Source of the DNA: Amoebidium appalachense
Taxonomy: Eukaryota; Protista; Ichthyosporea
Length of the DNA: 64,000 nt
Assembly: GCA_963693365.1 (NCBI GenBank)
Contig: CAVNZM010000016.1
Location: 3,375,957-3,439,956 of the forward strand
Direction: 5' to 3'
Shown here: positions 1-47,763 of the stretch, one piece after another
How positions within the stretch are numbered: the first letter of the stretch is position 1
Layout of the letters: every line of letters begins with the position of its first letter
Program-made: the position numbers and the translations under genes
Notes under the pieces: generated by a model
What the model was told of the DNA's origin: nothing
Seen by the model: the letters and a program-made list of their open reading frames with translations, nothing else
Database searches by the model: none

Positions 1-5942
<5,942 letters not shown>

Positions 5943-7423
5943 TTTCACCCTTCCCTAACAAGCCACAAATCCGCCCCCTATGTGTCCCTCTCCCTCTCCC
6001 TCCGTCCCCCTTCTCTCTCGAGCTCTGTCTCTCTTGCTCGCGCAACCTTTCCCACACGTGCTTTACTACCACTCCTCGGCCTCAACAGGCACACACACGG
6101 ACAGCTCCCTAGCACCACCGTAGCTTCCGGTTTCTTCTCTTCGTTAACTTCTAAAGCTACTTAATAAGAACCCAACTTAATCCTTTCCCCCAATTGCCCG
6201 AAACCCCAGTTCTCTCTGTCTCTCAGCTCTGCCTCTCTCTGTGGAAAGATCCGGGCTTCCGGCCGTGAGTCACTTAGTGACGTCACCCTGACAACCATCT
6301 AAATACCTGCCTTATTAGGCTAAATTCCGTAATAACGGGCGAATATGCATATGCGCTCGTTCGCAGAAATGACGCACCTCCTCTCCTCCCACTTTCAGAC
6401 TTTTGTAGCTTTCTGTGCTCTGGGCTCCGCTCCCAATAGAATCCTATGTTCTGGTTGCTTTGCCTAATATAAGGTATTATAGTATAGTGGGTACTTATTC
6501 ACACTGTGGGCGTCGTGCCTGCACACGCTTGAGCCATCTCAAGGAACAGGGTGAGTTTTCCGAACTGAATCTTCATCCTGACGAGATCTCTGGCGATGAT
6601 GCAAAACTAAGAATCGAAATTTGCTGAAGGGAAGGTAGGCCCTTTAGACATATAAGAAGAGTTGATATATGTGAGGTTTGAGGGAATTCAACTAAAATCT
6701 TACAGAAAAAAAGCAAATGGTTTATTGTGGTGGTGCTATATATACTTGATGCACGTGTGCCGGAAGTAGCTCGAGGATTCACCATTTAGTGCTACAAACC
6801 AGACCTCGTAACTGAGACTGTACCAAAGCATTTATTTTCGATCATCTGTTGTATAGATATGATATTTATGATAAAAGAGAATAATGTATATAAGTTCACT
6901 ATAATGAAACACCAGCACAAAAAGATCTCTCTATTATGGATATGTATATCTCTCAGCATATTCTTTTTCAAGTTGCCATGTTATTCGCACTTATCACTGA
7001 CCAGAAAATTGTATGTGCATTCATCTTTATATAGTTATGAGACGAGGATGTCATCACTGCACTTATACTTGTGTTAATGTGCACCTTAACGAAGCACCGG
7101 CACATTCGGATCTCTCTATGTCGCACGTATATGCATCTTTTTCAGCCTGTTCTTTTTCATGTCCCCAGTATTCTCAACCCCATGATATTCGCTCATGATC
7201 ACTGCCCAGTAAATTGTGCACATTTACGTATATTCATATATTTATGATTATGAGCCAAGAATGCCAGTTATTTACTAATCGTTATGCTCTCGTGTGCACT
7301 TTGCCAAAGCATCAGCTAAAGAATGACTTGTGCCTCATGCAGTGTATTTTTTTTTCCATTTGCCCGCTATTTTCTAACCCTATGTTACTCACTCATATGA
7401 TCGACATCACTGAGCAGGCAAGC
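5943..7423. promoter_or_regulatory. Divergent (bidirectional) promoter and 5' UTR region between SCYL1 and the F-box gene
   Basis: The two start codons are head-to-head (5942 on minus, 7424 on plus). The region is nearly free of microsatellites. An AP-1-like TGAGTCA (6266-6272) and a CRE palindrome TGACGTCA (6278-6285) lie side by side. Confidence 0.55.
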
Positions 7424-7736
7424 ATGGAGCCAGCCACCCCAAGTCTCTGTGACCTGCCCAACGAGATACTCCTTCTTGTTTTGCAGCACCTGGACGGCAT
7501 AGAACTGGCCAGCGCACAGAGGGTGGGTGTTTTTAGTCAGAGAGCCGGAGATTGAAGATGCATTTGCGCTTGTATTTGCAACATCTGCATGACCAAGTTG
7601 TCAAGTGCAATGTGTGTGGCGATTCCGAATAGGTATACTGCTACAGGGCTTGCTATGCAGTGGTTTTTTTTCCCCCTTTTTTTTCTTGTTTTTTTTTTTT
7701 AAAGGGGAAAAGAAAGAGGGGCGAAGAAAAAGAACG

Positions 7737-7789
<53 letters not shown>

Positions 7790-8419
7790 GGGGCCGGGGC
7801 CAAGGAAGCCAACCTACCCAAAAGAAGAACAATATTTATAGAACGAAATTAACGGTATTGTTGGCAATCCGCCCACCCCCCCCCCCCCCCCCCCCCCCCC
7901 CAACCAACCAAAAAAAAAAAAAAAAAAAAAAAAAAACCAGCTATTTGGGCCGCGAGGGGATTTATATTTATGATATATGCATACATATCTGCAACACTGA
8001 CACCATTTTTTTTCCTTCGTTTTTTCTACCTATATAATACAAAATCGCTCCGGTTTCTTCACACTGCCATGCGCGTTAACGCAAACATGCACACCTCTAA
8101 CCACACACATCCAGTTTCCCAACTAGAAACTTAATAAACATTCCTCTGGTGATTTTGTGCCAATGCAGTTTTGTAGTCACTGAACATAACTTTTCTCCCT
8201 CGCCTGCAGGTGTGCCGCCGCTGGGCAGGACTTATAGACACGTCTGATGTGTCTTTGTGGGGGCGCATGTGCAGGCAGAAGGGCTGGTGGCTGCCTGACC
8301 AACAGCAGAGGGTGGGCGGCATAAAGTGGAAGAATGTCTACAGGTGGGTCGTGATATGGCACATAATAAACATAGATAAAAGCATGAAAAAAATAAACAT
8401 AGCATGCAAATTCCTTGCC

Positions 8420-8450
<31 letters not shown>

Positions 8451-9056
8451 AGAGAGAGAGAAAGAAATGCCGGCTACATAGTGGGCTAGACAAAGACAAG
8501 TTGTTGTTACTTCGTTTGGGATTGGGCGCTCGTTAGCATGCATCATTCCACAGTACTTTTTTACCCTAAGTCCCTTGGGGAAAAAATTGGGCTAAAAGTA
8601 TTGTGCGTAGAGAGGAGATTTGACATGTGAAAGATGTGTGACGATTATTAAAAGGGTTACACCGGTATGGTGTTCAGAACAAATACGATGGCAATCATAC
8701 AAGATTCCAAACAATCATAGTTATAGAGTGACCTGCATTTTTCTGGTTTTCTGACCGCAGGAATATGGGCAAATCACACAAGGTCACAATCCTTTCTCTA
8801 TCACCGGCATAGATTTTCATGTTTCTAACCACAGAAATGTGTGCACAGGTACCACTATGCCATTGAGCGGCCGTGGGTGTGTGGGCACTACAGCCGTGTG
8901 CACAGCTACGAGGAATGGGAGGCGGCCAAGCAGAGAGTAGTCAGCACCCAGACCACAACCGCGATAAACAGGTGTGTCAGCTGATGGGCATGTGTGAATT
9001 TTATTCTTTCAAAAAATTTATTCTCATTTTATTTATTTACTTGTTTTATTTTGGGG

Positions 9057-9112
<56 letters not shown>

Positions 9113-9166
9113 GATTTGAAGTTTGTTGGAATGATGTAAATTTTCCTTTGTTGTTGGTGGGTGGGT

Positions 9167-9202
<36 letters not shown>

Positions 9203-9254
9203 TCTAAAAGTGGTTGGAATTTCATGACGAATGTGATGTTTTGTTTGTTTGTTT

Positions 9255-9292
<38 letters not shown>

Positions 9293-9298
9293 GGGGGT

Positions 9299-9340
<42 letters not shown>

Positions 9341-9409
9341 TCTAAAAGTGGTTGGAATTTCATGACGAATGCGATGTTGTTGTTTTTTGTTTTTGTTTTT
9401 TTATTTGTT

Positions 9410-9451
<42 letters not shown>

Positions 9452-10144
9452 CTGAAAGTGGTTGGATTTTCATGACGACAACCTTTTGGGTTGGGAAAGG
9501 GTCAGGACAAATAAGAGAAGGCCGGTGAATCCGAGAAAATTGGGTGGACCCAGGAGAGGGGGGGAGGGGGGAGGGGAGGGGGGGGGGGGGGGGGGGGGGG
9601 AGGCACAGGCTGGAGGATTGGGCGGGTAGGTGATGCGAGCTGGGAAGAAAGGGAGAGGGGGGGGGGGGGGGGGGGGGGGAGGGAGGGTAGAAGGACTATT
9701 GTGCCAGAAAAGAGGGGAGTATGCATGTTGTTTCTATGGCGGGGTAGTGACTGACCATACGTGAGGATGATGGCAGGTGTTACCCAATCAATATTAGCCA
9801 ATCATGTACGCGCCATTTTTGGCGGATAGCTAACCATAAATGATTTGAGTTTTGTCACCTTGCCCACAAGCTTTTTTGGCCGCAGCGCTGCCCGAAGGAC
9901 TATTGCAAAATACTATGAAATTGATCATCGGCTTTAGGAAATATATGTTTCACGACCAGCAAAGCGCTTTTTAGGGTGATAACATCGCTACAGACAGCTC
10001 AGCCGGTCCGAAAAACCATTATGCTTTTCCATGGCGGGGTAGAATAGTGACTGATCATATGTGTACCTACACAGGCGGGACCTCTGCCGGCTGAGTGCTG
10101 AGCAGTGGGGCACGGTGCTGCAGAAGATGTGCTGCCTCCCCTAG
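7424..10144 (+). CDS. FBXO48: F-box only protein, FBXO48-like (141 aa)
   Basis: Exons 7424-7522, 8210-8343, 8849-8971, 10075-10144, all GT-AG, 426 nt in total. F-box LCDLPNEILLLVLQHLDGIELASAQRVCRRW. C-terminal motifs WVCGHYSRV and LSAEQWGTVL resemble the FBXO48 tail as recalled (W.SG.YSNI ... MD..TWGEIL). Confidence 0.75.
9105..9480. repeat. Three to four degenerate copies of GATCTAAAAGTGGTTGGAATTTCATGACGA separated by poly-T/poly-G tracts (F-box intron 3)
   Basis: Copies start at about 9201, 9339 and 9449, with a more diverged copy at about 9113. Confidence 0.8.
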
Positions 10145-10856
10145 GGGCTGATACCTTCCTAATATGGAAAGCCTACTTTCCTAATATGGAAAATATGCAC
10201 CGAGGAGTTTCCTAATTTTGAAGTTAGGGTTGGGCGGATTGTTATGATACACTTGTAGAGGCTAATACCTTCCTACTATGGAATGTAGGCTTTGGGGAGT
10301 TTCTTAATTTGGAAGCTAGGGTTTCGGCTGGATTGTTGAACACAGAGCATAGGATAAACGGGCGTTTTATAACATATTGCTTGAAGCAATCTTCAGACTA
10401 ATATGATAGTGCTTCAAGGGTTAGTAGGTAAATTTAATAGGGATGATAACAGTATGTATGCATTAGTAATTAGGTATAGAACATTTATTTCATGTGCTAA
10501 TGATGAGGAATATGTATATCGCGCGTTGCAGTCTGCATATCTATAGCTCACCAGAGGATTTGTCACTATTATCATGATTCATAATCTCAGGTTCTCTTTT
10601 TCTTCCTTTGAGTTTCATCCTTTTCCCTTTGTTTGCTATGTTTTGTCGAAGTCTAAATTAACAATAGCTATAGGGAATAATGGTACTCGGCATCTGTGCT
10701 CTGTACGTTCTCAATTAACGTGGTGTTGATTTCTGTGAAGTAAATGGACACCGCCTATTTTTTTTATTATTATTTTTTTTTTATACCCAAATGCATATTA
10801 TGCATGGTCGGCAGCTCGGAACGGTCAGAACGCAGCATTAATTTGATGCCGTTTAA

Positions 10857-11040
10857 AGAGCCTTTTTTGCCTGAGGCTTCCGGGACCCGGCTTGTGGTAT
10901 ATATACTGCATATGAGAGTGTGTTGCAGAAGCAACTTTAAAAGGAATCAGAGCCTTTCTTGCCTGAGGCTCCCGGGACCCGGCTTGTGGTATATATACTG
11001 CATATGAGAGTGTGTTGCAGAAGCAACTTTAAAAGGAATC
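10857..11040. repeat. 92-bp direct tandem duplication
   Basis: 10857-10948 and 10949-11040 are near-identical (AGAGCCTTT..CGGGACCCGGCTTGTGG..AAAAGGAATC). Confidence 0.9.
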
Positions 11041-11334
11041 TATGAGTATATAAGTAGCTGGTGGCTATATTCACAGGGGTCACTCACTTCTAATATAGCA
11101 GGTATAAATTGGCTTAGGGTCTAGAATCTTAAGGTTCTGCGGCCGTAGGGTTCATTATGGATCTTAACTACTCCCCGCCCCCCCCCCCCCCCCCATAAAG
11201 CAGACCCAGCCCCATACATATGCATGTTACTTATGTCTTCCCCCCTCCCCCAGTCCCCTGTCACGCTCCTTCCCGACTTGATCCCTAACTCCTTTCCCTG
11301 CGCTCTCTCAGGCGGCTCGTACGGTATACACACA

Positions 11335-12320
<986 letters not shown>

Positions 12321-12709
12321 CTCCCCCGGGCGTCAAAGGTTAAAAATTCTTATGTGATTGGCTAAGGGTCAGGCAGAAATATCAGTCGTTGATGGGCTGT
12401 TTATCACGCAGCGGCTCAGTGGCTTCAAGACTGTGTCCACATCCCCGCTAGCTTCAAGAACGTGAACTTGGAAACAAACCGAACAAAAGACTTCCACCTT
12501 CGGAGGAGTGTGTATGATCCCAAGGTCGAGAGGTTTCTTTGTAGCTGTGTGTTTCCTCTAGAGCTTTTCGCCCACCCTTTTGTTGGAAACGCACAGGGTG
12601 TCCCCGCCCCCCCTTTTTCAGTGTCCCCTCCCCCCCTCTTTCCCTACTTCTCTTCCCTCATTCTCCCCTCGCTCCCTAGTATTTCTTTCACGTTGAAGAC
12701 GTTTCCAAC

Positions 12710-23805
<11,096 letters not shown>

Positions 23806-24863
23806 AAACTAAAAAACCCTCAATAGACACCCCCTTTTTCTCCCATTTTCAGTGATCGAACCCCCATTCCCCTAATTTTTTGCTGGTTGCGCCCACTCGC
23901 ACTGCACACCTTTCCAGTTATAGACACCCTCTTCCTCTTCCATTTTCAGTGATAAAACCCCCATTCCCCGAAAATTTTGGTACTACCTTTCAGTTATAGG
24001 CCCCCCCACTCCTATCTTTCCAATAGTAGTAAGTGGCCTCTTACTTTAATTCTATTTTCACGACCGGCTCACTTTTTCTTATGTCCATAATAAAAAAACC
24101 CGCTGTTCACCTAATGGGACATTTAGCTAAAAACACACAGGTGCGCGTGCGACGCGCCTAACAGCTGCTGTGACACAAATAAATAAAGCGTAAAGCCTAA
24201 AGAAGAAGGTAGTGAAATGAAACTCTTCAGTAAAGAAACAATAAATAAATCTTGAAGTAAAGCGTACATGCACACAACCGAACATTGCATGCAGGCAGGC
24301 CCTTCACCGTGTGCATACCGAGACCCTTTTTAAGTCATTTGATGTCTCATTTTTTTTTTTTTTTTTTCTTCCTCCGGGAAAAAGGCGTGTACATATACAC
24401 CAGCATCTGCAGGCTACATTTGAAAGCCAGTCGACCTATTGATTGTTTTTTTTTGTTTTGTTTTTTTTTTCCCCACGTTTACACGGGCTATATCTTGGGG
24501 ATACGGTGGGAGCACAGCCCCTCATGTGCGTGTGTGGCTTACTGCGTTTTCCAGCACGGCCACACACTCGACGAGGGGCGCCGCAGGCGCCCCGAGCTAT
24601 ACATACACCGGGTTTACAGAATATGTATACACCCATAACTCACACGGGTGGAAGGCTAGATAAGAAAGGCAAAGCTAAAACTACCAAATCAAATTTAGCC
24701 GAACTTAGGACAGTTAAATTTAGTCGTTTCTCTTGGTGTGCCAACTGTCACAGGTAACGTTCACTACTGCAAGTTTTCGTACATGGCCGTGCGAGGGCTG
24801 GACGCTGTCATGATCAAGGCTGTCAATGGGGTTTGACTTTTCTACAGCCAGTCCCCCCCCCCC

Positions 24864-24907
<44 letters not shown>

Positions 24908-25925
24908 CCCCCCCCCCCCCTCCCCGTGCCCACCCCCCTCCCTCTTGAGGCTCCCGTTTTCAAATCACCAATTGCTTGCTACCACGAACAATGATATCGA
25001 TCGATGCATGATGTACAGTACATGTATTGTGTACATACCGTATGTGTCTCGCTCGTAAAGCCGTCTGTGACAGTGCAGTATTCATGAGTAGTAATAGCCA
25101 TGCTGGGGCACATGCACACAGTTGCCCGCCATCCCCACGGCCACCTTCTGGTTCGAGGCCGCATGAGCTGGCCGCTTGCTCATGTGGGCCTCAAGCTACG
25201 GCAATTCACCGGTTACAATTGTGCAATGGTCATGTGCTATCTATATGTACAAGTAAAAGTGCTGAGTACCCGGTGCTATTTAATAGAAAAATCGTCATTT
25301 AGATGCCCTCCTTTTCCCCCGTCTTTTTCGGGCCTGGGTCCGCCTTTAATTGAGCCTGCCACATCGCAGGTGGCCGGCTCGGAGCTCAGATGTATTTGAG
25401 CCGTGTTGGCCAATCAACTGACCGGAATAGATTTTTGGCGCCAGATCTTGTGATATCACGCTCCCAGTGTTGCGTGCATCGCATTGCTCCGGTGCTCTGC
25501 CTGTGTGCCCGGCATCGCGCGTGCATGCTTTTCCCCAGCAGTTTCATAGCGTTTTCCACGTGTTTTTTAAACAAAAAAAAAAAAAGGCGGCGTCGGTGTA
25601 TGATTGTAGTAGAAAACGCATAGGATAGGACACACAGTCAATTGCAAGTTGTTTCTAGTTAGCCAACAAGAAGAACGTTTTACCCCAAGTTGGTGGCTCC
25701 GCTGGTTTGAAGAAACGTAGGGGGGGAAACAATAATAGATAACATCTAAGGAGAGAATTTTTTGGGATAGAGCTAATTTATGCGCGGGGTTTTGGTGCCT
25801 GCGCCAAAAAAAAAATTGCGGGGAAAAAAAAGGAGAACGCAAACTATCAAGAAAATTCGCTGCTTCCCAAAGTTACTGATAAGAAAAGGTGCAGGGTATA
25901 AGGATTTGTTTTTTCGCCAACAGAT

Positions 25926-42237
<16,312 letters not shown>

Positions 42238-42618
42238 TCACTATTAGCGATTGAAATTTCGCTGAGTTAGGATGAAACTGTGCATACCCCCGTCTCCGTG
42301 TGTAGTTAATTGAAATGCTGATATCGGATGTTGTGGCTACAAAACGGTTATTAAATTGGATATAAAATTATTATTAGTAGGTAATAATGATTTTTTATGT
42401 AGGTCGGAGAGCGCATGTATGAATGGAGGTGGGGGTGTTCTAGGGGGTTGTGTGTGCGCGTTATTGGTTGCTATTTACATTATCGAATGACTGCTGAGTC
42501 GCACTATCTACTACCTATTACCTGAGGTGGGGCTCTCATAGCCTCGGAAAATGCTAAAGAACAGGGAGAGCAGCTAAAATTGAAATCGAGTGTGTTTGTG
42601 GACTGTATGCACTGTCGC

Positions 42619-42668
<50 letters not shown>

Positions 42669-42839
42669 CGGATCTGGCGCCAAAATCTATTCCAGACGGC
42701 TGGTTGGCTATAATGCACACAAATAGATCTGACACGATCCTACCCAGCACACGTGCACACGTGTCAAAACGACGGCACAGGAAAAGCGAGAAACGGAAAT
42801 ACGGGTGAGGGATGGGTGGGGCTGGGGGATGGTATTTTT

Positions 42840-42884
<45 letters not shown>

Positions 42885-43518
42885 GGTAGGGTACATAATA
42901 GAACAGCAAGCTTTCAGTGATGTTACATGTCACACTGTTTTATGTCTAGAGAATTATTATCGTGCACGTGATCATTCGAAGGTGAAGGTGGTGACGACTA
43001 CTATCACATAAGTGGCTCGTGTTGCTAAGAGGTGCCCAGCACACGATGTATTAAACGTTCAAACGGGATTTTACAGCTGTCAGAGGCTGTCATTTTGCCT
43101 AGTTTTTTTCAGTTGACTTTTCAGTTTTTCACTTTTTTCACTTTCACCTCTCCCCTCGGTGGCTGACATGCACAGTAGCTTATGACCACACACACATACA
43201 CAGGTAATCCTAAATTTCAGAATCCCATTTTCAGTTGTCAAAGACTACCTCTTGCAAACGTATCAACTTTCTACAACAAGAAAGGCTTTACATACTAAAA
43301 GCAAGAATGTATACTCTTTCTCGAGCAGCCTGACGGGCCGAAAAAAAAAAGCACTGAAAAACGCTTTTTCGTAGCAGCAAATAAGCACAAAACACACTGT
43401 ATCACCCAGTGCCCATTATTCATCCACAAAGCCCCTTCAAGCTCTCTTTCGCTCTGTCTCTCAGACTTTTAAACAAACGAAGGCCCCCCCTCCCCCCCCC
43501 CTCCCCTCCCCCCCCCTC

Positions 43519-43552
<34 letters not shown>

Positions 43553-43615
43553 TGGTCAATTTCCGTTTTCTTCTGTTCACATTCACCTTTCTCGTTCTGT
43601 CTCTGTCAGGTGCAC

Positions 43616-44099
43616 ATGTACTTGTCTGTGCCACAATCGCACCCCCCACCCCCACCACCACACCACAACACTGCCCACGACAACCCTCACCTTAAAATAG
43701 GCCAAGCACAACAAGCAGCCTCACTCGCTCACGACACAAACACACCATCAGACTGCCCCCGCCGTCTAATCATCTTCCGTCACGCCCTCCAAGTCACAGA
43801 CAGCACAACACCCGACCACTCCCTCCCCCTCTCCCCCGTCGGCATCTCTCAGGCCATTTCACAGGGAAAAATTCTCTCCGAAACGGGATGGGTTCCGGAC
43901 CTTGTCTTATCCAGCGACGCGTTAAGGTCTATTCAGACTTGGTTTTTGGCCGAATATGGGATGGGTTTGGGTGGTGGGTATGGGGAGAGAGAGGTGCCTT
44001 TGAGGACGTATCGGCAGCTGTTCTATGTGACGGACCCAAGGTGGATTGACAGCCTGCTGGGAGAGGTAGGGCAACAGACAGTGCATTTAACCCTCCTCC

Positions 44100-44145
<46 letters not shown>

Positions 44146-45068
44146 AAAAAAAAAAAAAGAAAAAAGATAAAAAGAAGGGAAAAGAAAAAAAAAAGAAAGG
44201 AAAAAAAAAAAAAAAGAAACTTTAAAAAGAAGAAGGGGAAAAAGAAAAAAAAACACCACCACCACCACCACCAAACCCACCACCGCCACCCGTGACACAC
44301 ACACAGTCACTCTCTATTCATGTCCTGCATTCAAATACCATCCCCACCACCACCATTCAGCCTTACGTGTACATCTCTTCCCCCATCCCAGCCCCCTCTC
44401 CCCCCCTAAATCCCCCCCCCCCCCAAAAAAGAATAAAAAGCAAAAAGGAATTAAGTTCCACAACTTCCCTGATTCAAGGCTTTTCTTCTCAGAAACAGCT
44501 TTTTTCTCTCTCTCTCTCTTTTTTCCCCCCGAAAACATCTCTTCCTTTCGGTCATTCTTTGTTCTTTCTTTCCTTTCCTTTCCTTTCTTTCTTCAATTCT
44601 TTCTTTCTTTTTTTTTTTTTTTGTTGTTCTTGGAGGGGGGGGGGGGGGGGGATCAGGAGGTTGGGGGAAGAGAAGGGGGGTTTAGGTGGTGGTGGTGGTG
44701 GTGGGGGAGGGGGGGGGGGGGGATTGTATCTTAAGGCCAAGGGAGGTATCTTTTTACAAAACCCCCCCAACCAACCCCCCCCCCCCCCCCCACTCCTCCT
44801 CCTCCCCCTCACCCCCTCTCCTTTGACCCCCCCTCCCCAGGCCTCCCTCCAACCCCCCCACCCCCCCCTTCCAAAGAGAAATTAGTAATAAAGTAAAATG
44901 AACTTTGATAAATGAAATATTTAAAACACAACAACAAATGTATGATCTTTGCAGGTGGCAGGCAATGCGACCACCGTGATGGTGCTGGGTCACAACCCCA
45001 CGATGGAGGCATATGTGTATCACGTGACCAGTCACGCGATCACCTTGGCACGTGGTGACCTGGTGAGG
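43616..45068 (+). CDS. SixA-like histidine phosphatase (phosphoglycerate mutase superfamily); 3' exon(s) unresolved
   Basis: Exons 43616-44065 and 44955-45068 (or 45062). Motifs RRLIIFRHA, DHSLPLSPVG, PDLVLSSDALRSIQT, LFY, TVMVLGHNPTMEAYV. A probable 5' UTR intron spans 43204-43609. Confidence 0.85.
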
Positions 45069-45190
45069 GTATGTGTGCGGTCGGGGTGGGACAGGCCGGG
45101 GGGGGGACGCAACACTGGTGGACGTGGTGCGTGCGACTGGTGATAGCGGGTGAAATGTAGTGAGTGAGATGTAGTGTATGTGTGTGGGGG

Positions 45191-45238
<48 letters not shown>

Positions 45239-45348
45239 GGGTGGGTGCATGTGTGTGTGTGTGCGCGCGCGCGTGTGAAGGAGGTGTGTGTGTGTTTGTG
45301 TGTGTGTTTGTGTCACGGGGTGTGTGCGTGTGTGTACGACGGTGTCAC

Positions 45349-45429
<81 letters not shown>

Positions 45430-45453
45430 ATGTGTACGGTGTGTGTGTGTGTG

Positions 45454-45502
<49 letters not shown>

Positions 45503-45531
45503 ATGTGTGTGTGTGTGTGTGAGGAACGGGG

Positions 45532-45563
<32 letters not shown>

Positions 45564-46250
45564 GCTCTTTGTATCACTTCCATGTCAAATACTCTAGGCT
45601 GTTTTCAAGTTACCGTGATTTGAGTTTGATTATGTACATCACACGCCGTACTAAGAAATTGTTGCACAGGAATCGGGTGCACTAAGGACTCATTCAGAGT
45701 ATTGAAACACCAGTGGTTATGAAGGTGCTCTCGTAATCGAAGGAAGCACGTACTGTCGGTGCTGGGTGGAAGACGGTAGTTCCCCCTGAGGGCCCCTAGG
45801 GGTACCTCCGCAAACAAAACGGGATAAAATAAATAAAAAAAATCGAAGGAATCACGGCGCATGGAAATCAAGGGCAAGGAGGGCATAGGGGAGCAGGGTT
45901 TAGTGGGGAGAGGGGGGAGGGGGGGGGGGGGACGATGTGATTGTGTTTTGTTTTGCAAGGGGTTGTGTGTTATTTTTTTTTTTTTTTTTTTGGCCCTTCG
46001 ACATAGTATCACAGAGTGAGCAAAGGAGAAGTACATTGAAAATCTCGGATCTTGCAGGTATGAAATGGGACAACATGTCAGCGTGGTTCCTTTTCAGAGC
46101 ACCAACCGTTTTTTCTTTCTCCCTGCACACGTTTTATTGCTTTTGACCCTCCATGTTGGAGTAGCTTTATTTTCATGCACTAATCACCCCCCCGGGGAGA
46201 GGGGGGGAGGGTATGGAGGGGGGGGGGGAAGAGGGGGTTGGGGAGAGGGA

Positions 46251-46285
<35 letters not shown>

Positions 46286-46381
46286 GAAGGGGGAGGGTCC
46301 TTGGTAGTAACGTTATGCTTATATATATTAACCCATCCTGACTGCAACCACCAACAGGAGTTCCGAGATCAAGTCACTCAT

Positions 46382-46415
<34 letters not shown>

Positions 46416-46598
46416 CCCCCCCCCCCCGCCACGCCGTCCCCTCGAGCTCTCCCCTCTCTCACCCCCACCCTCACCTTCCACACTGTCATGATCGTAAGTC
46501 TCCATTCAAATCGATTGCAAACTGTGTCAAGGATTACTCAATTTGTAGAGGGGAAAGGGGGCGGGGGGAGGCTGAGAGGGGCCGGCGGGGCGGGCAGG

Positions 46599-46674
<76 letters not shown>

Positions 46675-46763
46675 CGGGGTCGACATCTGATAGCAAGACA
46701 TTTCTCCTGCTCGGGTATTTGGTGGTCCTCGAGTTATCGCCCCCCTTCCCTCCCCCCCCCCCC

Positions 46764-46880
<117 letters not shown>

Positions 46881-46885
46881 TCTAG

Positions 46886-46941
<56 letters not shown>

Positions 46942-47268
46942 ATCTCTAGCACACACACACACACACACACACACACCCAATCTCTAGCCCCTCCCTTGGT
47001 TTCATTTCACGCACCACTCGAGCTCCCTCCCGAGACGTCCATCGATTCATTTCTTCATTGTGCGATTTTCAAATAGCTCCGTTGGTCAATAAACTCAAGT
47101 AGGTCTTGTGACGGTGGCAACGTTTTCCTTGTCATCGTGTGAATGTGTGTGTGTGTGTTTCTTCTGAGCGTGCGCGTCTGTGTGTTTGCTTGGAACCCGT
47201 GTGTGTGCATGTGTGGTTGTTTGCTTATAAATCCGGCTCTACGATGTGTATGTCTATCTATGGATGCA

Positions 47269-47302
<34 letters not shown>

Positions 47303-47320
47303 CGTGTGCGTGTGTGCGCG

Positions 47321-47351
<31 letters not shown>

Positions 47352-47763
47352 TGTGTGACACTGTATCTATGGGCCAACTTTCACTGAATCATCAAGCCCC
47401 CCCCCCCCCCCCCCCCCTCTCCCTCCCCTCCCCCTCCCCCCCCTCCCCCTCCCTCCTCCCCCTCCCCCCCCCCCCCCCCCCCCTCTTTCCCCTCCCCTCC
47501 CCACTGCCTTTAAGGGTGCCCCTTCCACCACGTCGTGCTCCCTTCATCTCTCTTTTAACGTCACTGTGTGACACTGTATCTATGGGCCAACTTTCACTGA
47601 ATCATCAAGCCCCCCCCCCCCCCCCCCCTCCCCCCCCTCCTCTCCCCTCCCCCCCTCCCCCCTCCCCCCCCCCCCCCCCCCCCTTTCCCCCCCTCCCCAC
47701 TGCCTTTAAGGGTGCCCCTTCCACCACGTCGTGCTCCCTTCATCTCTCTCTTTTAACGTCACT
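47352..47763. repeat. ~200-bp tandem duplication with a variable internal poly-C tract
   Basis: TGTGTGACACTGTATCTATGGGCCAAC..CAAG(C-rich)..CACTGCCTTTAAGGGTGCC..TTTTAACGTCACT starts at about 47352 and again at about 47565. Confidence 0.9.

Noticed and set aside
10220-10325. TTAGGG-like motifs
   Set aside because: They are isolated copies inside a local 3' UTR duplication, not a telomeric array.
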